A stretch of DNA of 64,000 nucleotides from Candidatus Poribacteria bacterium (GTDB lineage Bacteria > Poribacteria > WGA-4E > WGA-3G), in contig CAXXUA010000013.1 of the NCBI GenBank assembly GCA_963663765.2, positions 608,001 to 672,000 on the forward strand, written 5' to 3'. Below, in pieces: positions 11,601 to 22,300 of this stretch. The position numbers were made by a program, and so were the translations under genes. The notes under the pieces are model-generated. The model made no database searches. It was not told the DNA's origin and worked only from the letters and a program-made list of their open reading frames with translations. Numbering within the stretch: position 1 is the stretch's first letter; each line of letters starts with the position of its first letter.

Positions 11601-14600
11601 TGTGCTGTCAATACTGAAAGAGCTTGCATCTGTTCCACCGAGTGAGTATTCCAGTGTATCATCGGTATCGGGGTCGGTTGCTTCCACTTTATCTCCGATG
11701 TCAATACCGGTACCTGTATTTTCATTTACATTTAGGGTCACGCTTTCAGCCGTGCCAAACGAAGGGTTGCGGTTCTCATCAACATCGGTGACTTTGATGG
11801 TGACAGCGATTGAATCTGATCCACCATTGCCATCAGACACAGATACGGTTACGGAATATGTGCTTTTTGTTTCATAGTCGAGTGCAGCTTTTGTTCTGAG
11901 TTGTCCGTTTGTGCTGCCGATTTCAAATGAAGCGGCATCTGTGCCACCGAGTGAATATTCCAGTGTATCGTCGGTGTCAGGGTCAGTAGCGGCTACTGCT
12001 GTGCCGATGTTGACACCTGAACCCGTATTTTCAGCGATGGATCGTTCCGTGCTTTCACCATCTGTGAAAACAGGTGCGGTGTTCTCATCAACATCGGTGA
12101 CTTTGATGGCAACGGTAATGGAATCCGTTCCATCATTTCCATCCGAGACAGATACCGTCACGGAATATGTGTTTTTGGTTTCATAGTCGAGCGCAGCATT
12201 TGTTCTTATTTGTCCAGATGTGCTATTAATACTAAAGGAAGCCGCGTCTGTGCCGCCAAGACTGTAGTCTAATGTGTCATCATCCGCATCTGTAGCAGCG
12301 ACAGCATCACCGATATCTACACCTGAGAGTGTATTTTCAGCGATGGATCGTTCCGTGCTTTCACCATCTGTGAATACAGGTGCGGTGTTCTCATCAACAT
12401 CGGTGACTTTGATGGTAACGGTAATGGAATCCTTTCCATCATTTCCATCCGAGACAGAAACGGTTACGGAATATGTGTTTTTTGTTTCATAGTCCAGGGC
12501 AGCATTTGTTCTGATTTGTCCGTTTGTGCTGCCAATGTCAAATGAAGCGGCATCTGTGCCACCAAGACTGTAATTCAATGTGTCATCATCTGCATCTGTA
12601 GCGGTTATTGCTGTGCCGATGTTGACACCAGCCCCCGTGTTTTCAGCGATGGATCGTTCCGTGCTTTCACCATCTGTGAAAACAGGTGCTCGGTTCTCAT
12701 CAACATCGGTGACTTTGATGGTAACGGTAATGGAATCCGTTCCACCATTTCCATCAGAGACAGATACCGTAACAGAATATGCGTTTTTTGTTTCATAGTC
12801 CAGGGCAGTTTTTGTTCTGAGTTGTCCGTTTGTGCTGCCAATGTCAAATGAAGCGGCATCTGTCCCACCAAGACTGTAGTTCAATGTGTCATCATCTGCA
12901 TCTGTAGCGGAGACAGCATTTCCGATGTTGACACCAGCCCCCGTGTTTTCAGCGATGGATCGTTCCGCGCTTTCGCCATCTGTGAATACAGGTGCTCGGT
13001 TCTCGTCTACATCTGTAACATTGATGGTGACAGTGATTGTATCGGTGGTATCACCTGTGTCGGTCGCTATAACTGTAACTGTATATGAATTTTTAGTTTC
13101 GTAATCAAGAGCTGCTTTTGTTTTTAATTGTCCAGAAGTGCTAACAATGTTGAACGATGCAGCATCCGTGCCACCGAGACTGTAGGTTATGGTGTCCTCA
13201 GCGTCAGGATCTGTTGCAGTTATGACGTTACCTAAGTTTGTGCCAGCAGCAGTATTCTCAGCGACTTGACGTGTAATGGAGTCCCCATCGTTAAATACTG
13301 GTGCTTCGTTGACGTTTGTAACATTGATCGTGACGTTGATCTCATCTTCAAGCGTGCCATCAGAGACAGTAACTATTACCTCATAAGAAGTCTTCGTTTC
13401 ATAGTTTAGTGCCGTGCTGGTTTTCAACTGACCTGTGTCACCATCAATAGCAAATGAGGAGGCATCAGTGCCACTGAGTAGATATGCAAGATTTTCACTA
13501 TCCGCATCAGTCGCAGCAATTGCAGTGCCGATGTTGGTATTCGCTGCAGTATTCTCTGCAATTGTCCGTGTTGCTTCGTCACCATCAGTGAACACAGGTG
13601 CGACGTTTGAAGGTGTCTCGTCTAAATCCCTGACATTGATTGTCACCGCAATGGAATCCGTTAGACTGCCATCTGATACCGTAATGGTTACAGAATAGGA
13701 TGTTTTTGTTTCATAATCAAGTGCAGCCTTTGTTTTCAATTGTCCGGTTCTGGATTCAATGTCAAATGATGCACCGTTCGTGCCACCGAGGGTGTAAGTT
13801 AATGTCGTGCTGTCAACATCCGTTGCTGACACAGCACTGCCGATGTTGATGCCAGAACCTGCATTTTCTGCGATTGTGCGGGTTGTGCTGGTGCCAGCAG
13901 TAAAAATAGGTGCTTCGTTGACATTCGTAACGTTAATCGTTACGTTGATGCTGGAACTGCCACCTTGATCATCTGAGACAGTGATGGTGACTGAATATGA
14001 AGATTTTGTTTCGTAATCCAGTGCTGTACTCGTTCGGAGTTGACCTGAACTACTATCAATACTAAAGGAAGCGGCATCTATGCCACTGATCCTGTAAGAT
14101 AACGTATCATCATCAGCGTCTGTTGCAGCGACAGCGCTGCCGACGTTCACATTAGATGCAGTATTTTCAGCAATGGTACGTGTTGTGCTACTGCCATTTG
14201 TGAAGACGGGTGCGTTGTTGGCAGGACTTTCGTCGATATCGTTGACATTAATTGTGACCGTGATACTTGCACTCCCACCATTCCCATCTGAGACAGTGAT
14301 TGTGACTGAATAGGAATCTTTCGTTTCATAATCCAATGCTGCACTCGTTCGGAGTTGACCTGAACTACTATCAATACTAAAGGAAGCGGCATCTGTTCCA
14401 CTCAGACTGTAGGACAACGTGTCATTGTCAGCATCCGTCGCAGAAACAGCACTGCTAATATCTACACCAGATTTGGTATTCTCATCTACGGTGCGCGTTG
14501 TGCTTGTCCCATCTGTGAATGTAGGTGCTGTGTTCGTCGCTTCATCAACATCCGTAACATTGATAGTGATGTTTATAGTATCACTTCCTCCCTTTCCATC

Positions 14601-17600
14601 GGAGACGTTGATGGTGACTGAATAGGAAGATTTTGTTTCATAGTCAAGTGCTGCACTTGTTCGCAATTGTCCGTTTGTGCTTCCAATACTAAATGAGGAT
14701 GCATCTGAGCCACTTAGACTATAAGTTAAAGTGTCGTTGTCCTCATCTGTCGCAGAAACAGCGCTGCCAATGTCTACACCGGAACCCGTATTCTCTGCGA
14801 CTGAACGGGATGCAGTCTCACCTTCTGTGAAGACAGGTGCTGTGTTCGTCGCTTCATCAACATCCGTGATGTTGATAGTGACAGCAATAGTATCACTTCC
14901 GCCTTTTCTATCTGAGACAGTGATAGTGACTGAATAGGATGACTTTGTTTCATAGTCAAGTGCTGTGCTTGTTCGCAATTGTCCGTTTGTGCTTCCAATA
15001 CTAAATGAGGATGCATCTGAGCCACTTAGACTATAAGTTAAAGTGTCGTTGTCCTCATCTGTCGCAGAAACAGCGCTGCCAATGTCTACACCGGAACCCG
15101 TATTCTCTGCGACTGAACGGGATGCAGTCTCACCTTCTGTGAAGACAGGTGCTGTGTTCGTCGCTTCATCAACATCCGTAACATTGATAGTGACACCAAT
15201 AGTATCACTTCCCCCTTTTCCATCGGAGACAGTGATGGTGACTGAATAGGAAGATTTTGTTTCATAGTCAAGTGCTGCACTTGTTCGCAATTGTCCGTTT
15301 GTGCTTCCAATACTAAATGAGGATGCATCTGAGCCACTTAGACTATAAGTTAAAGTGTCGTTGTCCTCATCCGTTGCAGAAACAGCGCTGCCAATGTCTA
15401 CACCGGAACCCGTATTCTCAGCGACTGAACGGGATGCAGTCTCACCTTCTGTAAAGAGCGGTGCCGTATTCACTGCTTCTTCAACATCCGAGACATTTAT
15501 TGTTACGGTTATTGTGTCGCTTCCATCGTTATCATCAGAGACGGTAATAATCACTGAATAGGAGGTCCTTGTTTCATAGTCGAGGGCTGTGTTCGTTCGC
15601 AATTGACCATTTGTGCTACCAATACTGAATGAAGTCGCATCAGAACCACCGAGAATGTATGTTAAAGTATCATCGTCAGCATCTGTTGCTGATACAGGAT
15701 TACCGATATTGACACCAGAACCTGTATTTTCAGCAACTGTTCGTGTAGTGGTGCTACCTTCTGTGAAAACAGGAGCGTTATTCGGGGTATCAGTATCCTC
15801 CACATCCGTAGTGGGTGCTTCTACAACGTCGGTAATGTTGATTGTAACATCAATGCTGTCCGTAAGGCTGCTATCAGAAACAGTGATCGTCACTGAATAG
15901 GAGTCCTTTGTTTCGTAATCAAGCGCGACCTTTGTCTGTAGTTGTCCCGATGTGCTATTTATGCTAAAGGATGCTGCATCGGTGCCAGAAACCGTATAAG
16001 TTAAGGTATCATTGTTAGCATCTGTGGCAGTGACAGCGGAACCAATGTCTGATCCTGCATCAGTATTCTCGGCGATAGAACGGGTTGTATTTATCCCTTC
16101 GGTGAATATAGGTGGTGTATTGACTGCGCTGAAGATTTCCAGAGGTAACTCGTTAGATTCTGCCAAGGCATACCCATTATGGTTCGTCGGTAAATTGGGT
16201 AATGTGCCAAAGTCTACTGTCACCGCATCATAAGTGTCGGGTGTGCGGTTCACCATCAAGGGTTGACTTTCTACGCTGCCTTTCAAAATTGTGATAGTGG
16301 TTGCATTATTATTCAAACTGCCGTTTGCAACAGTGATCGGCAGCACAATATCAAAAGGTGCACCTGTTGATATGACAACTTTGATTTGGTTTTCTCCAAC
16401 TTTTAGAATTGTCATATTCAGGGAAAATGGATCAACTGTATTGCCGCTCAAATCCAGTGATGTCAAAGATGTCAAACCTTCAAAAATCCCATCAGGTAGA
16501 CTTTGTAATTGGTTATTTGATAGATTCAGTGTTGATAGTGACAGTAATCCTTCAAAATCACCCGCTTGGAGCGCACTTATTGAAGCACTGCTAAGATCTA
16601 AGGCAGTAACGGTAGCAAGGTCCGCTTCTGATATGTTCCGGCAATCTTCTATACCTTGTAGCGCGGATACTATTACATCACTAACCTGTATTGTGCGGTT
16701 GCAGACAGTGGATTTAGCAAGGATATATCCGAAATGGTTAGGAGGAAGGCTTGGTAAGTTACCGATATTTACATCTGTCGTTGTCGCAACAAAAGATCCA
16801 CTTGTCACACTTCCTTTCGGTATTGTGATATTAGCGACACTTGCCTCATTGATCGGTAACACAATGTTGAATGGCGCGCCTGTAGGAATGATGGCTCTGA
16901 ACTCATTATCAGACACTTGTTGCAATGACACCATCAACGGCATTGGTGCAACAAGGTTGCCACCTAAACGAATTGAAGTGAGCGAGGTGAGATCTTCAAA
17001 GATACGAACAGGCAGGTTACGCAACATATTTCCATATAGGTTTAAACTTGTTAAACCTGTCAATCCAGAAAAATCACCGCTATTGAGTTCTGAAATACCA
17101 GCAGACCGAAGGTTTAGAGAAGTAATCGTTGCAAGATGCGTATCTGTTACATCTGCTGCTACACTTACATCCGGGATTGCTGCAACGATGGCATCACGCA
17201 CCTTTGGTGTCCGATCACTGACAGCAAGCATCGTTGAAACCGCTGGCGTGTCATCTAAATCAATGACATTAATGATGACAGAAATAGTTGATGTGAGTGT
17301 TTCATCGGAAGCATTGACAGAAACAATATAGATTCGTTTTGTTTCATAGTCTAATGCATTTTTTGTTTTCAGTTGTCCAGTGTCACTATCAATACTAAAA
17401 GAATCTGCGTTTAAACCACTAAGCGTGTATGCTAATGTATCGTTTTCAGTATCAGTTGCAGAAACGGCATTCCCGATATTCACATTAGCCGCCGTGTTTT
17501 CCGACACTGAACGCAAAGTAATATTGCCATCAGCAAAGGTCGGTGCGGTGTTTTCAGGTGTTTCAGGTTGTGTGGGAGTCTCTGGTTCCACTGGTGTTTC

Positions 17601-18296
17601 AGGTGTTGTGCTGGTGGCACTGATCACTTCAATGGGCAATGTATCAGATTTAGAAAGAACATAACCGTAGTGATGACTCGGCAAACTGGATAGCGTTCCG
17701 ATATTAGCTGTTACTGCTGCAGTCGTTCCTGCAGCGCGAGTTACCGTGACAGCAGTACTTTCTACTGCACCTTTAGAAATGGTCAGAGATGTCATATTCC
17801 CGCTAATGCTACCATTGGTAGGACTGATGGGAATACTCATAGTGAACGGTGCGCCTGTCGCGACAACGGCTTTAATCTGATCCTCTCCAACTTTTTCCAA
17901 TAAGATGGTAATTTGCATAGGATCAACAGTGTTCCCACCTAATCGCAGAGTTGTTAGTGCCGTGAGTCCTTCAAAGATACCATCGGGCAGACTGCTCAGT
18001 TCGTTGCCATATAAGTTCAGGTTAGTCAGACCAGTCATCCCAGAAAAATCTCCCGATTTTAGTGCTGTAATACCTTTTGACCGTAGGTTTAGTTCTGTAA
18101 TAGCTGTAAGGTCGTCTTCGGTGACATCTGCTGCGGAATTGACGCCCGCGGCAGTCACGATAGCAGCCTGTACCTCTGTTGTTCGCTCACTTACTGGTGT
18201 AATCTCCGCTGAACTTGTAACTGGTAAACCGAAGAAAACTAATGAACAAAGTAAAACAGATAGGACGGAACTCAGATTCTTGAGTTGTGTTTTCAT
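8640..18296 (-). CDS. Giant secreted LRR + cadherin-repeat protein, paralogue 2 (3218 aa), FlgD-Ig/T9SS-type-A-like C-terminal domain
   Basis: Signal peptide; about 19 cadherin repeats (xENT...ATDxD...LDYE...DxNxxPxF); three short and one long 24-aa LRR block (LxxLPxGIFxxLxxL); C-terminal NYPNPFNPETWIPYQL...RKMLILK. Confidence 0.95.
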   Translation of the reverse strand: MKTQLKNLSSVLSVLLCSLVFFGLPVTSSAEITPVSERTTEVQAAIVTAAGVNSAADVTEDDLTAITELNLRSKGITALKSGDFSGMTGLTNLNLYGNELSSLPDGIFEGLTALTTLRLGGNTVDPMQITILLEKVGEDQIKAVVATGAPFTMSIPISPTNGSISGNMTSLTISKGAVESTAVTVTRAAGTTAAVTANIGTLSSLPSHHYGYVLSKSDTLPIEVISATSTTPETPVEPETPTQPETPENTAPTFADGNITLRSVSENTAANVNIGNAVSATDTENDTLAYTLSGLNADSFSIDSDTGQLKTKNALDYETKRIYIVSVNASDETLTSTISVIINVIDLDDTPAVSTMLAVSDRTPKVRDAIVAAIPDVSVAADVTDTHLATITSLNLRSAGISELNSGDFSGLTGLTSLNLYGNMLRNLPVRIFEDLTSLTSIRLGGNLVAPMPLMVSLQQVSDNEFRAIIPTGAPFNIVLPINEASVANITIPKGSVTSGSFVATTTDVNIGNLPSLPPNHFGYILAKSTVCNRTIQVSDVIVSALQGIEDCRNISEADLATVTALDLSSASISALQAGDFEGLLSLSTLNLSNNQLQSLPDGIFEGLTSLTSLDLSGNTVDPFSLNMTILKVGENQIKVVISTGAPFDIVLPITVANGSLNNNATTITILKGSVESQPLMVNRTPDTYDAVTVDFGTLPNLPTNHNGYALAESNELPLEIFSAVNTPPIFTEGINTTRSIAENTDAGSDIGSAVTATDANNDTLTYTVSGTDAASFSINSTSGQLQTKVALDYETKDSYSVTITVSDSSLTDSIDVTINITDVVEAPTTDVEDTDTPNNAPVFTEGSTTTRTVAENTGSGVNIGNPVSATDADDDTLTYILGGSDATSFSIGSTNGQLRTNTALDYETRTSYSVIITVSDDNDGSDTITVTINVSDVEEAVNTAPLFTEGETASRSVAENTGSGVDIGSAVSATDEDNDTLTYSLSGSDASSFSIGSTNGQLRTSAALDYETKSSYSVTITVSDGKGGSDTIGVTINVTDVDEATNTAPVFTEGETASRSVAENTGSGVDIGSAVSATDEDNDTLTYSLSGSDASSFSIGSTNGQLRTSTALDYETKSSYSVTITVSDRKGGSDTIAVTINITDVDEATNTAPVFTEGETASRSVAENTGSGVDIGSAVSATDEDNDTLTYSLSGSDASSFSIGSTNGQLRTSAALDYETKSSYSVTINVSDGKGGSDTINITINVTDVDEATNTAPTFTDGTSTTRTVDENTKSGVDISSAVSATDADNDTLSYSLSGTDAASFSIDSSSGQLRTSAALDYETKDSYSVTITVSDGNGGSASITVTINVNDIDESPANNAPVFTNGSSTTRTIAENTASNVNVGSAVAATDADDDTLSYRISGIDAASFSIDSSSGQLRTSTALDYETKSSYSVTITVSDDQGGSSSINVTINVTNVNEAPIFTAGTSTTRTIAENAGSGINIGSAVSATDVDSTTLTYTLGGTNGASFDIESRTGQLKTKAALDYETKTSYSVTITVSDGSLTDSIAVTINVRDLDETPSNVAPVFTDGDEATRTIAENTAANTNIGTAIAATDADSENLAYLLSGTDASSFAIDGDTGQLKTSTALNYETKTSYEVIVTVSDGTLEDEINVTINVTNVNEAPVFNDGDSITRQVAENTAAGTNLGNVITATDPDAEDTITYSLGGTDAASFNIVSTSGQLKTKAALDYETKNSYTVTVIATDTGDTTDTITVTINVTDVDENRAPVFTDGESAERSIAENTGAGVNIGNAVSATDADDDTLNYSLGGTDAASFDIGSTNGQLRTKTALDYETKNAYSVTVSVSDGNGGTDSITVTIKVTDVDENRAPVFTDGESTERSIAENTGAGVNIGTAITATDADDDTLNYSLGGTDAASFDIGSTNGQIRTNAALDYETKNTYSVTVSVSDGNDGKDSITVTIKVTDVDENTAPVFTDGESTERSIAENTLSGVDIGDAVAATDADDDTLDYSLGGTDAASFSINSTSGQIRTNAALDYETKNTYSVTVSVSDGNDGTDSITVAIKVTDVDENTAPVFTDGESTERSIAENTGSGVNIGTAVAATDPDTDDTLEYSLGGTDAASFEIGSTNGQLRTKAALDYETKSTYSVTVSVSDGNGGSDSIAVTIKVTDVDENRNPSFGTAESVTLNVNENTGTGIDIGDKVEATDPDTDDTLEYSLGGTDASSFSIDSTSGQIRTNAALDYETKDTYSVTVSVSDGNGGTDSIAVTINVTDVNEAPSFTEASPTTRSIAEHTASAQNIGSAVSATDPEGDTLEYTLEGTDASSFSIVSTSGQLQTNAALDYETTTSYSVTVKVTDDSLTNTIAVTINVTDVSENTAPSFSESSFAYRISDIANASVGDSIGDKVTATDADEDTLSYSLGGDDAAKFDIDSSSGQLKITQSLIDHTSSAYSIKVIATDPDSATAEISGTIFVTRVSQQNTNNPPVFDDGESTTRSVAENTASGQNIGEPVAATDDDTDDTLTYTLEGTDASSFSIVSTSGQLQTRVTLDYETKTSYSVTVKVTDDSGASNESDTIAVTINVNDVTESDSITPVSNRTGAVRDAIVDAIEGVDAAENVTESQLAAITTLDIRNKNLTGLISGDFDGLTGLTLLNISSNKFSSLPVDIFDGLTSLTELDLSFNNFFHDDENAFTTLPDGIFDSLTSLTKLELGYNGLTSLPDGIFDQLTSLELLDLNLNEFTTLSGGVFDGLTSLKTLYLATFASETTNQLTSLRAGIFDDLTSLENLEMYDHNISTLPDGLFDNTISLIKLLYYSNGTTSLPDGIFDELTLLKTLAIGSNGITSLPDDVFDNNTQLEYLGLSYNSISSLNSDVFDELTNLETLSLEGNELTTLSADIFEELTNLTSLSLRYNSLTSLPGNIFDNNSKLTTLVLENNNISSLPSGLFSELTNLTKLFLNRNNLTSFPDGIFVGLTELTLFQCGFQGEDPQPDSVPIKVGLEKVAEGQFKVVCPTGMPINNNRINVPISNGKVHPDQEYGYIVTLDNRRPQIRIPVGEAETDALSVVRLDDTTDAVTVTIDIVFYERSLDNHGYYLDINNANLPLELIPEVSGAPTNTQLIPDETALLSNYPNPFNPETWIPYQLSEAGDVSLTIYDMRGVVIRKLDLGHKTAGYYTDRKRAAYWDGRNANGEKVAAGVYFTTFKANDFTATRKMLILK

Positions 18297-18313
18297 GTAT
18301 CATTCCTTTATAA

Positions 18314-19181
18314 CAGGGTTATTCAGTTTTAGTAGTTTTTGCAGATATTTATAACATTCGTGAATTAGATGCGTAGGTCGGGTAGAGCGTATGCGAAACC
18401 CGTAGGTGTCAACTTAAGAAAATATTGTTTGCATTTTCTCTTGTGGGAGGGGTTTTCAACCCCGATTTGAGCGGAAATGCACTAAAAAATCGGGGTTGAA
18501 AACCCCTCCCACAAGAGGTAAAATCCTTAAGTTGACACCTATGGGTAGAGCGTATACGAAACCCGACATGTATTGATTGTTTGCATTTTCTCTTGTGGGA
18601 GGGGTTTTCAACCCCGATTTGAGCGGAAATGCACTAAAAAATCGGGGTTGAAAACCCCTCCCACAAGAGGTAAAATCCTTAAGTTGACACCTATGGGTAG
18701 AGCGTATGCGAAACCCGACATGTATTGATTGTTTGCATTTTCTCTTGTGGGAGGGGTTTTCAACCCCGATTTGAGCGGAAATGCACTAAAAAATCGGGGT
18801 TGAAAACCCCTCCCACAAGAGGTAAAATCCTTAAGTTGACACCTATGGGTAGAGCGTATGCGAAACCCATAGGTGTCAACTTAAGAAAAAAGTGTTGGCA
18901 TATTCTCTTGTGGGAGGGGTTTGTAACCCCGATTTGAGTGGAAATGAACAAAAAATCGGGGTTGCAAACCCCTCCCACAAGAGGTCAGAATCCTTAAGTT
19001 GACACCTATGGGTAGAGCGATAGCGAAACCCTACATGTATTGATTGTAGTTGTCATGTCGGGTTTCGCTATCGCTCTACCCGGGGAATGCCTAAATGGCA
19101 TTCATACCGTTGATTTGGACCTACGATATAAACTTTAAGTAACACCCATCAACTGATAATTCTTAAAACTAAATAACCCTG
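18314..19181. mobile_element. 868-bp composite MITE with CAGGGTTATTYAGTTTTA terminal inverted repeats
   Basis: TIRs start at 18314 and end at 19181; 9-bp target duplication CCTTTATAA (18305-18313 / 19182-19190); the homologous intergenic region 29095-29284 lacks the insert. Confidence 0.9.
18401..19010. repeat. Array of 143-bp CATAGG-TIR MITEs (18401-18543, 18868-19010) plus a 152-bp tandem triplication, separated by 20-bp REP hairpin copies
   Basis: TIR CATAGGTGTCAACTTAAG; flanking direct repeat GGTAGAGCGTATGCGAAACC; CTCTTGTGGGAGGGG recurs at 18438, 18590 and 18742. Confidence 0.88.
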
Positions 19182-19230
19182 CCTTTATAAAATAAAGTTA
19201 TAGTAAAAATCATAATTATTTACACACTAC

Positions 19231-19301
19231 GGTAGGTTCGGTTTCCTAACCGAACCGGTGTTGTTCAGTCTCATAGATGCGGTTAGGAAACCTCGCCTAC
19301 C
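19231..19301. repeat. GTAG-type REP doublet (degenerate paralogue near 29170-29241)
   Basis: GGTAGGTTCGGTTTCCTAACCGAACC ... GCGGTTAGGAAACCTCGCCTACC inverted pair. Confidence 0.75.
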
Positions 19302-19344
19302 GTTGATAGAAAGTGTAGATATAATTCTATGCTTCACCATAAGT

Positions 19345-22300
19345 CTATTTCCTAATCAACATTTTCCGTATTTTCGTATAATTACCCGCCTTGAATTTGA
19401 CGAAATAGACACCTCCCGCCACCTTCTCACCGAGATTGTTTTTACCATCCCAATGCGCAGCACGAGGTCGGCTATAATAAACCCCAGCTGCCCGATGTCC
19501 CAAGGCTAACTCCCTGACGAGAACACCACGCACATTGTAGATTGTCAACGTGACATCTGAAGGTTTTGCTAACTGATACGGTATCCACGTTTCAGGATTG
19601 AAGGGGTTGGGGTAGTTTGGGAGTAGGGATGTTTGTATAGGAGGATTTGTTATCGAGGGGGCACCAGTAGAGGGAATTATAATATCAAGTTCTAAAGTTC
19701 TATTATCAGCTTCAATTGCAGCGACAAGTCTGCGGAGTGGGGCGTAATCTGAAATCGGATTATCAGAGAGAAATAAATACTCTAACGATGTTAGTCCTTC
19801 AAGAGGAGAGACATTGCTGATAGAATTCTCATACAGATTGAGCCCTGTCAACTTAGTCAACCCAGAAAGTGCCGATATATCGCTAATAGAATTCTGATTC
19901 AGATCGAGCTCTATCAGCGCAGTCAACCCAGAAACCGCTGATATATCACTGATAGAATTCCCAAACATACTGAGCTCTGTCAACTTAGTCAACCCAGAAA
20001 GTGCTGATATATCACTGATAGAATGATTGTTACCCAGATAGAGTTCTTTCAACACAGTCAACCCAGAAACCGCTGATATATCGCTGATGGAATTGACACT
20101 CAGACCGAGCTCTGTCAACTTAGTCAATCCAGAAACCGCTGATATATCGCTGATAGAATTGACATCCAGCCAGAGCTCTGTCAACGTAGTCAACCCAGAA
20201 ACCGCTGATATATCGCTGATAGAATTGCCCTCCAGATCGAGCGTTGTCAGAACGGTGAGATTATTAAAATCACCAGATTTCAAGGAGGAAATTGATTTAT
20301 CGAATAGATCAAGTTCCGTGATTGCCGCAAGGTGTGTTTCTGTTACATCGGAGGCAGAATTTATGCCATCAACAGCTGCCACAATAGCGTCCTGCACTTG
20401 TTGCGTGCGTTCACTGACTGGGACAAATATGGGAATTGTAATGTCAAGAGTTAAAGTTCTATCATCAGCTTCAATTGCAGCAACAAGTGTACGGAGTGGG
20501 ACGTAATTTGAAATCGAATTGCCACTGAGATATAAGGTATTTAAAGATGTCAAACCTTCAAGAGGAGACACATCGCTGATAGAATTGCTATCCAGAAAGA
20601 GCCTTGTCAACTTAGTCAACTCAGAAACCGATGATATATCGCTGATAGAATTCTCATCCAGACTGAGCCATGTCAGCGAAGTCAACCCAGAAACCGCTGA
20701 TATATTGATGATAGAATTCTCATACAGATCAAGACTTGTCAACGCAGTCAACCCAGAAACCGCTGATATATCAATGATGGAATTGTCACCCAAATCAAGA
20801 CTTGTCAACGTAGTCAACCCAGAAATCGATGATATATCGCTGATGGAATTGTCAGCCAAATCAAGACTTATCAGACTGGTGAGACCCTCAAAATCACCAG
20901 ATTTCAAGGCGGAAATTGATTTATCGTTTAGATCAAGTTCCGTGATTGCTGCAAGATGTGTTACTGTTACATCTTCTGCAGAATCTATGCCATCAACAGC
21001 TGCCACAATGGCGTCCTGCACTTGTTGCGTGCGTCCACTGACTGGGACAGAAACCAGAATTGTAATGTCAAGATCTAAACTTCCGCCAGCAGCTTTAATT
21101 GCAGCGACGAGTCTGCCGAGTGGGGCGTAATCTGAAATCGAATTACCACTCAGACGTAAGGTCCTTAAAGATGTCAAACCTTCAAGAGGAGAGACATCGC
21201 TGATGGAATTGTTATCCAGATAGAGTTCTTTCAACACAGTCAACCCAGAAACCGCTGATATATCGCTGATAGAATTGCCATCCAGATAGAGCTTTGTCAA
21301 CTTAGTCAAGCCAGAAACCGATGATATATTGCTGATAGAATTGTCATACAGATCGAGCTCTGTCAAGTTAGTCAACCCAGAAACCGCTGATATATTGCTG
21401 ATGGAATTGTTACCCAGAAAGAGCTTTGTCAACGTAGTCAATCCAGAAAGTGCTGATATATCGCTGAAGGAATTTTCAGCCAGATCAAGACTTGTCAGAG
21501 CGGTGAGACCCGCAAAATCACCAGATTTCAAGGAGGAAATTGATTTAAAGTTTAGATCAAGTTCCGTGATTGCCGCAAGGTGTGTTGCTGTTACATCGGA
21601 AGCAGAATCTATGCCATCAACAGCTGCCAGAATAGCGGTCTGCACTTGTTGCGTGCGTCCACTTAGTAGGGTAGGAGCCGGAATTGTAATGTCAAGCTCT
21701 AAACTTCTATTATCAGCTTCAATTGCAGCGACGAGTGTGCGGAGTGGGGAGTAATCTGAAATCGAATTGCCATTCAGACGTAAGGTCGTTAAAGATGTCA
21801 AACCTTCAAGAGGGGAGACATCGCTGATAGAATTGCCATTCAGATAGAGCTGTGTCAACTTAGTCAACCCAGAAAGTGCTGATATATTGCTGATAGAATT
21901 GCGACCCAGATCGAGCCCTATCAACTTAGTCAACCCAGAAAGTGGTGATATATCGCTGATAGAATTGCGACCCAGATTGAGCACTGTCAACACAGTCAAC
22001 CCAGAAAGTGGTGATATATCGCTGATAGAATTGCGACCCAGATCGAGCCACATCAGAGCGGTGAGCCCCCCAAAATCACCAGATTTCAATGAGGAAATTG
22101 ATTCATTGCTTAAATCAAGTTCCGAGATTGCCGCAAGGTGTATTTCTGTTATATCGGCTGCAGAATCTATCCCATCAACAGCTGCCACAATAGCGTCCTG
22201 AACTTGTTGAGTACGTCCACTTAGTAGGGTAGCAGCCGGAATTGTAATGTCAAGCTCTAAACTTCTATTATCAGCTTCAATTGCAGCGATAAGTGTGCGG

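Noticed and set aside
18381-19030. Repeat-insert-repeat blocks as a true CRISPR
   Set aside because: The inserts are near-identical TIR-bounded MITEs, not diverse spacers
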